Assembly (NCBI GenBank): GCA_050575255.1
Contig: JBNZDD010013726.1
Location: 4,609,036 to 4,673,035, forward strand
Source: Harriotta raleighana
Taxonomy: Eukaryota
DNA length: 64,000 nucleotides
Reading direction: 5' to 3'
The position numbers and the translations under genes were made by a program. Shown in pieces: positions 1 through 12,759 of this stretch. The notes under the pieces were generated by a model. That model did no database searches and was not told the origin of the DNA. It saw only the letters and a list, made by a program, of their open reading frames with translations. Every line of letters begins with the position of its first letter. Position 1 is the first letter of the stretch.

Positions 1-1113
1 CTTTGAAAGCTTATCAATAGCTAACGAAGGTACAATATATTAAGAAATTACAATGTACAGTATTTATTTGAGGTGTTGAGATCGCACCCTCTTGACAACT
101 AGCTTAGAACAGGCCGAGAGACAAATCAGTATTTGATAATACCCATGCTCTTGATGTGCTTTATGCAATGCTAGATACGTCCAAAATATTGAAGGCATGG
201 TGTAAAGGGAAGGAGTCTACATGTGATAATTGATACTAACTACTTTAATCTACTAACTACTTTAATAGGGGATGTTAATAATGGACGTGTGTTGAGTTGG
301 AAGTATTTTCATTCTCAGCCAACTCATTACTATTACTGTACATAGTCTGTGTACACAGCAATAAGTGATGAACATGACATATCTGATTTATTTTCCGAGC
401 AGGCCTGAATGCAGAAAGACAATGCTTGTAATTATTTTTAATGTTTGCTTTGTAATTGGTAAATAGTCCTCAATGTTAAATAAATTACAAACGAGGAATT
501 AGAAAATTCATATTAAAGTAATTCTGTGTTGAATGTTTTCTTATTTTTATGGTATAAAAAAAGGGGGACAACAGAAAGAAAATCTGACAAACCTACACAG
601 ACAGGGAAAGTGGTTTGTATATCGATCAAATAGATTTTTCCTCTATAAAGTGGGACTGCATGGTGCAGTTAATTCACTCAGACTAAGTAGACAGAATCTA
701 GGTCAGCCATGTCAGTATCCACTCTGTGTGCTTTGTTAAAATACAAGTCACTTGGGACATACTGAGAATTATTCATAGTAAGATGGAATGTTCTTTAGTA
801 GAAAGCAGAGTTCAGAAAGGATAAACAGTATAGTCAACTGTAGTTGTAACTAAAAGGAGAGCAAAGTCTTCCCGCCGGAAGGTATGGTAACTATGCTGGA
901 TTATAGGACTGTTGTAACTGGAGGATGTAAGTAATTTTTTTCACAATGAACATTTCCTACGTAAAGCACTGGTGGGGGGTGGGGGGAGGATAGTGTATGC
1001 AACATCTGGGAGTTACATGACCAGGATAACTTTACCTTGGTGATTATCTTATACTGCATTAGCAGCCCCAAGATATGATGTAACTGAAGACTCTAATGAA
1101 TAGAACACTGCAT

Positions 1114-1514
1114 TATTAATAATAATAATCCTTACATTTGGCATATTGCCTTTCACATCAGTAAGATGTCCCAGTGTGTTTGATACACTACTGTAAAATG
1201 TGTTTTGGGGGGCACATGCAGCAGCCAATTCTGCAAAAAGCTACCTCATGAACACATGAAATGAATAACCAATTGTGTTTGGGGGAAGTGAAAGAAGCTC
1301 CCTTTTTTAAAGTAGTGCTGTGGTCTGAACAGGCAGACGGGGGCTTGGTTTAATGTCTCGTCTAAAGGATGGCACCTTTGACAATGCAGCACACTCCCAG
1401 CACTGCATTGGAGTATTATCTTAGAATATACGAGTTGCAGGTTCTGACGTTTGGTTTAGATACACAACCTTCTGACTCAGAAGCAAGAGTGTCACCAACT
1501 GAGCCAGTCTAACA
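1114..1514 (-). mobile_element. tRNA-derived DeuSINE-type element (SacSINE1-like), near full length and diverged
   Basis: (TTA)n tail at ~1114-1129. Core GGCAGACGGGGCTTGGTTTAATGTCTCGTCTAAAGGATGGCACC...CAGCACTGCATTGG and head CACAACCTTCTGACTCAGAAGCAAGAGTGTCACCAACTGAGCC resemble the recalled reverse complement of shark DeuSINEs. Confidence 0.7.
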
Positions 1515-2450
1515 GTTGTCCTAATGTATATATGTTACTTCGGGTAGCTGTAAATATAATTATCAATAATGTTAGGAAAAATAATATATATGATCCTTTG
1601 TTACATAGTTAATTGGTGAAATTGTTATTATCTAATTCTTCTTATGCTAACTAGGAAGCTTCTCACAAGGGGAACAATACATACAGCTCCACAGCATTTT
1701 TTTTATAGTTACCTTTTAAATAAGGGATATTGCAGATCATTTTGTAGCGAGGATATCCAGAGATTAATAATGATATTACTGGTATAGTATTTGGTGTATC
1801 CTTTTCACATTGGGATTGCATCTTAAAGCGCTTCGCAAGATTTACTGTAGTGACTTATGCATTTTGTAGGAGAATACCTCAGGCAATTTTCACCCAGCTA
1901 GTCTTCTAAAGAGAGGCATCTTACATGAGATAATGAGTATCAAACTTCCATTTCTAACTGTAATATACACATTACATGTAAACACATTAAAAGAGCTCAA
2001 TATAAAATAAAATAAATCCTTTACAAAATTAGTATCACGTGTTTAGGGAGGAAATACAATTATAAAGAACAGGTAGTATTTTTCCACTTCAAAATAATAA
2101 TAACCCATTTATAATTTAATTACAATAGTCTTTAGGTTCTCAGATCTTATGTACTCATTTAATGAACTAGATGTTCTTTCTATTGTGTTTCTCTGTAAAG
2201 AAATCCTGTTGAACTTCATGTATTGCTGGCACAATTACTTCTGTCTTTATACTGAATTCATGTCCTGAATTTTAAAAGTATATTCAAAAAGGCCTTTTGA
2301 ACACTGGACTTGGGTGGAAATAGGAGAAAAATCTGTTTAGAAACCATTTTGTTTTAAGATTCTAAAAAAATTTAGTATGATCCTTTGATCCATCATTCCA
2401 TTATTTTGTGACTAAGCAACCGACATTAAACTTTGAAAATTTAGTTTCTG

Positions 2451-2748
2451 ATTATAACAATCCTTGCATTTGATATAGCACTTTTCATGTCTTCTAGACG
2501 TCTCAAAGCACTTCACTGAATATACTGTAAAGTGAATTGACTGTATTTGTGAACAGAAAGCGGGGCAGCCAATTACACATAGGAGTTTCCCACAAAGTCA
2601 TGGATTAAAAAGATCAATTTTATTATTGTTTTGTTTGAGGGATTAGTTGTTTGAGGGATCAGGTGTGTAAGTAAGGAACCTTGCTCACAGTTTCTCCCTG
2701 CCTAGAATTCAACCCAGATCTTCCGAGGGCTCTAAACATTGAGCTACC
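2451..2748 (-). mobile_element. tRNA-headed SINE with L2-like 3' tail (local family A)
   Basis: Aligns by eye over ~250 bp with the copies at 22447-22737 and 63249-63468 (shared CTTCTAGACGTCTCAAAGC, GTGAATTGACTGTAT, GTAAGGAA.CTTGC). Confidence 0.8.
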
Positions 2749-3721
2749 TTACTACAGGAGTATGGTGCATTATAGGACTTTTAATCACAATCTACTCTAC
2801 AATTGTATCAATGCGATTTTAAAATAAAGTACCCATATCTGGAGCTCAGCGATATCCATTTCATTGATGGGAACGTAAGTGGACATGTTCTGATGACATC
2901 AGTGAAAGGGATCCCTATGGAACATTTCAGTGGGCAGCTTTGGCTGAGCTGAACTTTATTGTTTTCTAGAACAATCTGGTACTATACTATTGCTTTTTTT
3001 TAAACCAAAACATGATTTGTTGTGCCCGACATTTTTCATGGTCAATTTCTGCACTTTACATTTCTGAAGGAGTTCAGATGAGAAATGTCAATACTGCAAA
3101 ATGGAAGGTTATACTGCTCCTGATTCCACCGAGTATTTTATTACTTTCATTATTTCAGCTGCTCATTTTGAGACCTCACTCATGGCGTCATTGTATGGTT
3201 TGCACTGGTATAATTTAAGAACTGTTCTGTCCATGTCTTCTTAAAACATGTGAACAGAATTCTGCTATTCAAATTGTGAGATGTTTAACTTGAGAGAATA
3301 ACAATGTTGAGTGGTGTTTCCTGTAACCAGTTAACTGAATTGGTCCTGTATGAACCTGAAAGGTTTAGGCAAAAGGATGACCTTGTGTTAGTTATACTTC
3401 AGCTAGTGCAAAATTGAGCCATTTTTGACCTTACAGCAAATCTTGGAATGACACCAGTTTGGCTTCAGTTAGTTAGACTTCAATATTTTGCATGGCTGTA
3501 ATGTCAAAACCACTTTGCAGTGAAACAAGACGTGTGGTTGTAACTGCCTGATTAAAGTGCACCTCTTCTGATCCCGTCTGTATCTAATTTGCATTACAGT
3601 AATTCCATGAGTTGCAGAAGGCACGCTGAGGTTCCTGCTTATGTGCTGAGCACGTTTGCTGATGAAATATTGTTTTTGTAAAAAAAAAGCTCTGAACCTT
3701 TAGAAATGAAGTAACTTGCAT

Positions 3722-3761
3722 CTTAAAAAAACACAAAAATGTTAAGTAGTAAAACTTTATT
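3722..3761 (-). terminator. Probable distal polyadenylation signal of ARID5B
   Basis: Minus strand AATAAA (3761-3756), followed ~15-35 nt later by ATTTTTGTGTTTTTTT, a typical downstream element. Confidence 0.7.
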
Positions 3762-5953
3762 AAATATAACAGTGAATCAGAAAGTACAAAATATTTTGCC
3801 AGCTATGTGATTGATAAACTATTGGCACAAAGTATCAAAAGCATTTGCCAAGAAGTACACTTTAAGAACATACAAAAACTTAGTGTTTACAGTTGGCTCA
3901 GCAACATTAGATTGAAAGTTTTAGCCTAATGTAAAGGTTACTCAATAACCTTAAACTATCAGGACTTATCTTAATGTTACTAGTCTTTACTTTTTACTAT
4001 ATACAAATAATCACCATACAGAAAAAAATGCTAAATAACTAAAAATGCAAAAGTGTCATTATTTACAAAGTACAAATTAAAATATGAATGTGTCAGTATA
4101 AATATCTTGCTGATAAGATACATACACTGAAAATATTAAGCAATGTGTCCTTGTGAAAAACAACCACTTTGGAACAAACATTTCAGTAAATAATATAACT
4201 ACAATCAAACAAATAATCTCATAAGTGCCCATTTAATCACATGTACGGAAACCAACAAAAATAATATATCCTGATTTCACAATACTTATGACCATAATAC
4301 TCTTTTTAAAGCTAGACCAGATGTGACCATGGTATAACATTGACAAACATATGTGGTTAAGAACTGAAGTTTTAATGTGTTGTTAAAATGAAAAGGCACA
4401 GCTAGTTCTTGATTTAGCAGTGTGGTTGCCAAAAAGCCATATGTAATACTGAAGCATCAGTTAAACATGTTTAGTGTAGAACTGAAAAGAAATTATTGCA
4501 ACCAAATGTTAAGTTCTCGGAAAGCAAATGTTTGAATAAGTTTAAAAAAGACTTTCTTTGGAAGTATTGGCTAATGTTTAATTTACTTAGCATGAGAGCA
4601 CTTTTAAACATAAAGTGACATTTTCCAAGCTCTAAATGAAAAACAAAAGGCTGCCATTGATTGGAGGCCAAACCCAGAAGTTAAATAAAAAGCCAGAACT
4701 GCATTTCAGCACAAATCTTATTATGTTTCACTGACAGCTGCAGAGACAAAAGAGATAGACTGGAGGGCTTTTATTACAAAAGAGATCAACTGGAGGGGTT
4801 TTATTACAAAAGCTACAAAATGGCAGCAAATGCCACGTCGATGTCTATTTTTCCATGTTGTTAACCATCTTCATTTTAATTGTTTTTTAAATCCACTTTG
4901 TTTACATTAAAGAGATTTAGATTGAAATATTGTGGAGGTTTGATTAGCTACAACTATATGTACAACCACAGAAAGAGCCCCAGCAGCTATGCTTTAGTAA
5001 CATTTAACACAAGATAGGCATGATTCAGCCAAGATCTAAATATAAAATTATTATCATCTTTTTCTGGAATATAGCAATTGCAGACAACAGCTAGCATATC
5101 ATGTGTTTGCATTTTATATACAAAGCAAGAAACAAATAATCAGCTTGTACAATTAGTAGCTGCTTATGGCAGTGGGCTTAAAAGTTTGCCATGACGCCAT
5201 TGAAGTTATTTAACTATATCCAGAAAGAAATTGAATTTGAATATTTACATTTACTTTGAAGTATTAATAAAGCTGAGTTAAGTGATTCTTGAATTACAGT
5301 CATTTTACCCTTTGTAAACAATTATTGTTTTATCATTGTGAATGACAAGCGCCTAACAGTAACGTAGATGGCAGACATACCAAATACATAGGAATCAGTG
5401 GAAAACAATGGTGCACTATTACATAGTGTAGAAATTAATCACCACATGGGATCTACAGAAGGATTCAAAAGAATCCAAACAGACATTTACAATTTCAGAT
5501 GGACTTCCTGTAGTTATTATGTCTATCCTGCTCTGGTAAGCACACAATAAGTAGGCATCCATCATTTTAGACCACTGAAATCAACCCCCTACCACCAAAA
5601 ATAAAATAAAGCTCAAACTAAAACTGAACTACAATTGTATAAATTAAGGATGTAACTATGTAAACTTGTAGTGAATATTTACAGTCAATTTAACATGTTG
5701 ATGCTGCAATCGTGATAGTGTTGGGATGCAGTCATTATATACAGAAAAATTGTCATTACTATGCATTGAATGCACTAAAATCAAATGTAATGATATATAA
5801 CATCACCAAATAAGTGCAAAAGATTTACAAACCAATTATGTGTAGCTTGTGATTATTTAAAGACTTTTGCTATGCATTGTGGAATGTCCGACTGTTGCTT
5901 TACCTTCAGAATTCAGTTCTACTTTTAGGTAGCAACATTAAAAGGTAAGGAAA
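3740..5953 (-). other. ARID5B: ARID5B 3'UTR (~2.2 kb)
   Basis: Runs from the stop codon to an AATAAA at 3761-3756, with a U/GU-rich tract downstream. U-rich on the sense strand, no obvious SINE/LINE remnant, and many TGTAHATA motifs. The 3' end is inferred. Confidence 0.75.
4746..4812. repeat. 30-bp tandem duplication in the ARID5B 3'UTR
   Basis: ACAAAAGAGATAGACTGGAGGGCTTTTATT / ACAAAAGAGATCAACTGGAGGGGTTTTATT / ACAAAAG. Confidence 0.9.
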
Positions 5954-8164
5954 TTATAGTTTTGTGCTAGGGTGTACAGAAGACATCTGAGAGGAGGAAT
6001 ACGCAGCTTGTGGGTTCAAAGCAGTTAGAGGATAGAGACTGTGTTGCAAAAGATCTCCATACGAAGCAGCTACTGGTGTTGCAGCTGCAGACAAATGTCT
6101 ATAGAGCTGTGGATTTGTGCCAGAAGCAAGGATCTGTCTCTGCATTGCTGGTATCATAAAGGAATGGATAGCAAGTGGTTGCATGAGAGGTGACAGCACT
6201 GCCTGGTTTTTCAAGTACTGTAAGGGATGAGCATATCCAGCTGGAAACCGTGAACCTAAACCATCACACATATCTTGGACCTGAGACACAAAAGCTCCAG
6301 GATACAATCCTGGGAAAATAGTAGGAGTTGGCATTGGTAACTTGTGGACTTCTAATAGACTGCCAGAGGGTAACATTTTACTGCATTCACCCTCTAGGTC
6401 AGATGCTTTTTCTTTCAGAGCCATGTCTTTTGAAGAAAGTAACGGTGATACTGCTCGTAACTTTCTCTCAGGGCTTTCATTGTTACCATTATCAAAATCC
6501 TCACGATTTCTTTTGATAGGTTTGGTGGTGCCAATAATTAGCGAACTACCTTTGGTGCTCATTATTGGTCTGACCACTTCTTCCAACTTTCCAGGAAGCT
6601 GCACAGTTTGTTCACTGGTTTTCTTATTGGTTGAGATTGTCATTGGAGGAACACGACAAGCCTTAGGTTTGCAGTCACTGTTGGACAGCAGTCTACTTAT
6701 TGGTGTGTGTTTATTTTCTGGGTGTGATGATAAATAAGAGGTATTGTTTACCGAGTTCTTAGATATTGTTTTCTTCAGCTTCGGAAGACTCAAGTCAGTT
6801 GGCTGGTCATCAGTGGGAGGTTTCAGTAGGCATCTCTTTTCTTGTTGATGCAAAGTTGAAAGATAATTTAAATACATCTTGTCCTGGTTTTTATGTTGTA
6901 CAAATGAGGAACTCTTATCTTTTTGGATACTGCTAAGATATTTTGATGTTTGATCATTACTGAGGTGGTGTTCTGTATGTCTGTAAAGACTGTGCAGGTG
7001 AGGGGAGGAATAGAAGTCGGCTAGAAAACTAGACACATGTGACGATTGGGGTAATCTTCTCTCACAACTTTCATTGTCCTGAGATTCAGAACAGAACGGG
7101 TAGGGAACACTGCTTTTATATGAGTCTAGGGAATTAAGATGATGATTTGAGAGATAACCAGGCTCTGAATCTGACAATTTATTCAAACCATCATGTTGAA
7201 AAGCTTCACTTAAAGATTTTCTCTCATCAGGATGTCTTTTCTGAAAACTATGTGCATGCTGAATCACAGAAGGTCTGTTAATGGCCATGGTATCTGATGA
7301 AGAGCCTTGCAAAAAATTTGCTTCCGTTGCAACCATTTCCTCTCCACTATCACTAAATTTTTTACTGCTAATTAATGGTGGCGGAGTTCCAAGAGAATAA
7401 TTATTGGGCAAAGCTCCACTGACCTGTGATAATAACTTTTTCTTGGCCAGCGGTGACATGATCCCAGGGTTTCCTCTGGAGTACACCAATGGCATGTAGC
7501 TTGAGGAAGGTTCGTTCTTTACGGAAATAAGCAATTCCTGTTTTTCTGTATTAGCTTCTGGAGAGGGGTTTGTGGCCACCCTTGATGTCTGTACCTGTTG
7601 CTGTCTATGTGCATTTTGTAACTGGTTGTTCCCAACCTGGGTCTCCAATTCCTCTTTTGGTAATTGGTTAACCTTAATGGAGCAATTTCCAATAGTTTCT
7701 GTTGTCTCACCTGATCCCTGATCGAGACTATTATTTTTATTTGATAGATGGGTATATGTTTCAGCTGTATCAAAGTTGTTGGTAGAGTTTTGTTGAAGTT
7801 CATCTCCAAGTGTCTCAGTTGCATTTTTTGGTGATTTAATCTCCTGGCACGTTGTTGTAGTGATTTCCGTTTCCAGACAAGGCTGTCCATCACTTGGGTT
7901 TGGTGTGGTAACATCTCCTAAATGATGTGTGGAGCCTGTAGGCAAGAATAGCTGTTGAGCTTCTTTTTCTTTTGATTGATCATTACTGGCTTTGTTGGTC
8001 AAAGATGCCATTTTTTCTTCCAGCCTGCTTCCTTTCACATCTGCTGAGATGTGGCACTGTTGTCCTGTTTCCTTTTGTGACTGGTCCACTGCCATTTCCT
8101 GTGTCGAAGCCACACCATGTTTAGGACTATCAATCTCTTGGCTGCCTTCTCTAGCTAAAATCAC
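5954..8164 (-). CDS. ARID5B: ARID5B terminal coding exon (exon 10 equivalent), 736 codons plus TAA
   Basis: Acceptor GTGTTTTTTTTAAATCAG|GTG, phase 0. Contains the ARID5 family blocks GIMSPLAKKKLLSQVS, RPSVIQH, FYSSPHLHSLYRHTEHHL, DDQPTDLSLPK, KACRVPPM and HPLQYLKNQAVLSPLMQPLA, and ends in VHPSTKL. The ORF-track start at 8200 is intronic. Confidence 0.97.
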   Translation of the reverse strand: MILAREGSQEIDSPKHGVASTQEMAVDQSQKETGQQCHISADVKGSRLEEKMASLTNKASNDQSKEKEAQQLFLPTGSTHHLGDVTTPNPSDGQPCLETEITTTTCQEIKSPKNATETLGDELQQNSTNNFDTAETYTHLSNKNNSLDQGSGETTETIGNCSIKVNQLPKEELETQVGNNQLQNAHRQQQVQTSRVATNPSPEANTEKQELLISVKNEPSSSYMPLVYSRGNPGIMSPLAKKKLLSQVSGALPNNYSLGTPPPLISSKKFSDSGEEMVATEANFLQGSSSDTMAINRPSVIQHAHSFQKRHPDERKSLSEAFQHDGLNKLSDSEPGYLSNHHLNSLDSYKSSVPYPFCSESQDNESCERRLPQSSHVSSFLADFYSSPHLHSLYRHTEHHLSNDQTSKYLSSIQKDKSSSFVQHKNQDKMYLNYLSTLHQQEKRCLLKPPTDDQPTDLSLPKLKKTISKNSVNNTSYLSSHPENKHTPISRLLSNSDCKPKACRVPPMTISTNKKTSEQTVQLPGKLEEVVRPIMSTKGSSLIIGTTKPIKRNREDFDNGNNESPERKLRAVSPLLSSKDMALKEKASDLEGECSKMLPSGSLLEVHKLPMPTPTIFPGLYPGAFVSQVQDMCDGLGSRFPAGYAHPLQYLKNQAVLSPLMQPLAIHSFMIPAMQRQILASGTNPQLYRHLSAAATPVAASYGDLLQHSLYPLTALNPQAAYSSSQMSSVHPSTKL

Positions 8165-11100
8165 CTGATTTAAAAAAAACACAACTGTTAATCTTGGCAA
8201 ATGTCCATATTATAATCTTTAAAGTTAATGACAAGTCTGAACTGACATTTGATAATTGAATCTAATTACATGGGTATCTAACCATAGCAAACTGTTGAAT
8301 GGTAGATCTATTCAAATTCAGCAGATTAAATGTAAAGTGAGACATTTTTATTGCACTATATTATTTACTCATTGGCACTTTTACAATAATGTCATTAAAT
8401 TGTGGAATTAAAATAATTACAGGGACAAATCTTATATTTTAGATGTATTCAGTATTGAAATTTGATAGCAGTGCATTACTGGCATTTTTGAGGAGATAAA
8501 CTTGATCCACCCACAATCTTAGATGTACTGTTGTTAAGAGGTCCCAAGCCGAGGATAACCCTCCTCATTGGGCTGGGAAGAGAAAATTGGAAGAGAATGT
8601 GTCCCTGGGTTATTTCCCAGTGACTAGCTCACAGGGGTTTTGGCAGATGTGGAGCAGTCTGGCTGCCGGATGTGTGTGGCCTGGGCAGATCAGGGAACAA
8701 AACAAAAAAAAAATATTTAAAGATTGATTGGTATTTCTGTACTACTTTGTTGGAGCACATGCAAATATAAACGAAGGATTTCATTAATCAGACATTAAAC
8801 ATTTTGTTTTCTATGTCATGTATATTCTTCTTATTCATTTGCTACGATAGTCGGGAAGATAACTTTTAATGTTCAGCAGATTGAACAGTTGTGCCAGGCA
8901 GCCTTCTTTTTTTATAATTATATAATTATTTTATCACCAACTCAATTACAATGGAAAAACATTTGTTATTACTCACTCATAAAACATGATTTACACATGA
9001 TTCCAATGGGTGAGAAGAGACCATTTGCCCACCAAAGCTTATTTTTCTGCTATCCTCTCACCCAGTCCAGTTATTTTTGGAGTGACTTTTTTTTTGCCTC
9101 CATTATCCCACTATGCAGACTGTTCCAAACATTAAGAAAAAACACTCCAAATATTTTAAATGCATGTCCCATATTCCTATTTTCTTGGAAATATTCCACG
9201 TTCATCCAAATGCTACTTAAGAAATTATATACCTCGATATCCTCCTCCTTAAACTGCCTTCTTCCTGAACTTGAGATTAAGCTTCTTGAACTGGTATGTT
9301 TTGTTTCATGGTGAAAGCTATACAATACTCTGTTTGCTTTTAATTATGCTGCTATTGAAATCGATGAGTCAAGCATTATTTCCTGGACCCTTGATTGTAG
9401 CAAGTGATTGTGAAGTATCAACAGTATAAAACATATGATTTTTTTTATTAATGTAATATCTTTCATAATATATAACAGTGATTCAAATAGAATATCTTCA
9501 TGTAAAATTACAAACGTAAGGATTAATTTTTAAAACACCAAATTATAGACAGAAATGATCCCAAACTGTTATCTAATTTTGAGAGTTAGATGATAGTTAC
9601 AAACCACCCGAGCTTTGCTCTCTTGATTTATGACTTAATCTGAACCATTTGGTTAGACTCTTGCTTGTGATCCCCTCCGGCTATCCAGCTTTCTCAATTT
9701 TATTACCCAGAAATACTGCACTTACATAAGACTAAAACCTTGTTTATCAAACTGTACGTGAATGATATTAAAATCATCAGAGTTCTTAAAATGTTAAACC
9801 TTTTTTTAAAATTCATTCTTATTTGCCAAGACATTCTGCATCTTGCAGCAGATAATCTAACTGAAACCACATAAAACCAGACGTTAAAATTCCTGGCAAG
9901 CTTCCCAGCTCTTCTTACAATGTTTTTTTGATCTGTTCAACTAATTTAAATATTCACTGTAGGATAGTCTTGCTATGAAAAAAAATCAATGCCTAATAAC
10001 ATGAGCTATTATTATAGAAAGCAAGAAAGGATATGATTCAGGACTCTTTTTAAACAGGAAGAAAATCTGCACTGAGAATAAAATGAGGTTAGGTTAACAT
10101 TATGATCTTCCACTGGAATAAGTCCCTGTTGAATTAACGCATTCATGAAACAATTCTGGAAAAACAAACTACTCTGGTATCTGATTCTGATACTTGGTTT
10201 AATGAAACAGAAGCAATATCTGTGGTCAATATACAAGCCAAAAAGGAAACTAGTAAAACTCAGTATTTAAAAAAAAAGTAAAACAGTTCACTTGATGATA
10301 CCACACATTTACTTTTCTTGTAAAATCCTTTTTTTTCTTGTCACCTGACATAAAACCACATCAGAATACTTGGCAGCTGCAATGGCCGTTGGTGGTAACA
10401 ACAGAAAATACAAAGCCAGACAGGAAAGCTTACTAATGAATAGAAGTGAGCATTGATCCATTGTTTTTCAGAAGATGGCTGGGATTGTGTGTTGCTTGAT
10501 GTAACAACCTGTGGCCTAACTTGACTTTCTAAATTACTTCAGATTGATTCCCCCCCCTCACCCCCCCGCCCATGTACTACACCCCCCTGTTGCAAGCCAT
10601 TCTCGTTCCCTAGGTAACGAGACTAGACTAAATTCTAAATCAATTGAATCATCTTAAGTTAACACCAACATTATTTTGATAACTGTTTTAATCTACAAAG
10701 TAGCTAACTACAACTTTGAATGCAAAAGTTTTAAAATCACATAGTGTTTTGCCAGAGGTTCCTAACAGCATAAAATCTCTGTTTATCGTTGTAACATTTT
10801 CCGCAGTGATTTGACTGTGCAGAGTGTAATTCAAATTTCTAGCAATGTGACTTGTGAGCATAATTATCCCCATTGATACCACTGTGTTGAATACTGAACT
10901 CTGACCCGAGAGGTCAGAGCAACTCTCTATCTGTATCAGTGTTGACTGACAGGCCTTTTTAAGTTTGTTGTCAGTCTGTGGCAACATGCCTTTATTCACT
11001 CTAAATGGCAGCATTGTCCAAGAATTTCATTTTCTTCTAAGTAAATTGTCAAGATTAGTGGCACATTAAGAGAACCCTCATTCTGACTTCTAAATCTCAA

Positions 11101-12759
11101 CTGAAGTATATTTATTTCTAAATCTAGTTTGTAACTTTGATTGTACATTTGTCTCCATATATTTCCCATTTCCCCTGTAGCACACACCATTCTGCTACTG
11201 CGCTGTGCCAGAGTGGCAAATATGAACACAGTCTTGAATTTTCCTTAATAAGTATCTGCTGATAAACTCACTCATTTATGAACCCTGTTCCTGGACTGTC
11301 TGCATGAAGAATCATAAAAGGATGACCCATTCTGTTCACTTAAAGTTCAGTGTACAAATATGCCAGCCCACTACTTCACCAAACTGGCACTGGTTTCTAC
11401 AATACATCTGTAGCAGACTAAAACTACATATCATCCCTTTAGGAGTAGCTTGATTTGTGTAAAAGGATTGTTTGGTGAAGAATATGGGAAGCCAAGTATT
11501 TCAATGTACAGTATTAGGATTGTTATACTCAGTGAATGGTAAAAAGATAAAAGCTCCACTAAGATTTAGACAGCAAGATGTATTTTAATGGAATTTCCCT
11601 CTGGAAAATATTGAATTCTTATTAATACATTTTTTTCCTTTGACAAAAGGAAGTGGTTGTTATTAGCACTCCACTGTTTCTGGGACATGTATGTATCCTC
11701 TTACTACTACAATATAAGTTGCTTGGCCTTCTCAGAATAAAACTGTATCCTTAAAATAGCAGACCTGCTTTTGTGAGATCCCAAATTACTTCCAAAGTGC
11801 CCACTACTAAAGCGTTGAAGTAAAATGTAAATTATATAATTGAAGAAGAGCAATTCCAAGCTTTTGACTTTACATCAGTCTAAGTTTCAAGGACTCTTTC
11901 AGCCAATTTTAAATGACATAAAAGGGTAGATGTCGGTCAAAATGTGATTATTCTAGTTCTTCTCCAGAATATTATTCACATTCTCTTGGGCCTATGAAAT
12001 TGCATGAAAAATACCAGACAGATGAGCAAACCACATATAGTCAAATATATTCTGCACTGTTAAATAGTCACCTCTGTTCCTGCCTGGAAAAAGCTCTCTC
12101 TGGATCTGATATGAATTAACTGAAATTGATACAACATTTACCTCTGTTTAAACAGGAGCTGGTGTTTAACATGAATAAATCCAGACTGATTGATAATATG
12201 CGTGTATGTGTGTGTACACTACATAAATTTAGACAGACTAAATGTATGTATTACACATTTACAGAACCATTCCAGGTGTTGCCCAAGTATGTACATAGCA
12301 GTTGGTTTTATTCATACTGTCATGTATTGGATTTAAGCTCTTATTGTGGACAAAATTCTAACAAGAGGTGAGCACTGAATTATATTTAAACCATTAAGTG
12401 GAGTAGAGGTAATTGTATTATTTTACGTTTGGTAGAAATGTTCCTATGTATATGTGTGGAGGGGGGTTGTCAGGGGGAGGGTCCTTTACATAGCAAAAAA
12501 ATTTATATACTGCCTTAAAACATGGCAATTAGTATCAGCTACAGTGCTACAGCCACTGTTAATACTATTTTGACTATGTTTTTAATTTGTGATAAGGAGA
12601 AGGAGATAGGGTGGAGGTTTGCATACAATTTCAACCTATTTTGTCGGGAAAGACAAGAGTACTACACCAACAACAACTTACACTTGTAAAGCACCCTCCA
12701 GCCAGGGTAGTGTCTCAGAACACTCAAATTTGGGAAGAGGGGTGACCCTGGGAAGCATG

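Noticed and set aside
234-266. 16-bp direct repeat, each copy containing TACTAAC (branch-point consensus)
   Set aside because: A simple local duplication with no polypyrimidine tract, acceptor or exon downstream.
1-500. Possible 3' end of a convergent neighbour (RTKN2 lies there in human, from memory); AATAAA at 479-484
   Set aside because: No coding sequence is visible, and AATAAA is common in AT-rich DNA.
2843-2856. 14-mer AGCTCAGCGATATC shared with 33632-33645
   Set aside because: Several shared 14-mers are expected by chance in 64 kb; at most a remnant of an old repeat.
6328-7914. Overlapping or antisense ORFs (6328-6516+, 6342-6737+, 7519-7914-)
   Set aside because: Shadow ORFs of the long ARID5B exon with no recognisable domain; expected in alternative frames of coding DNA.
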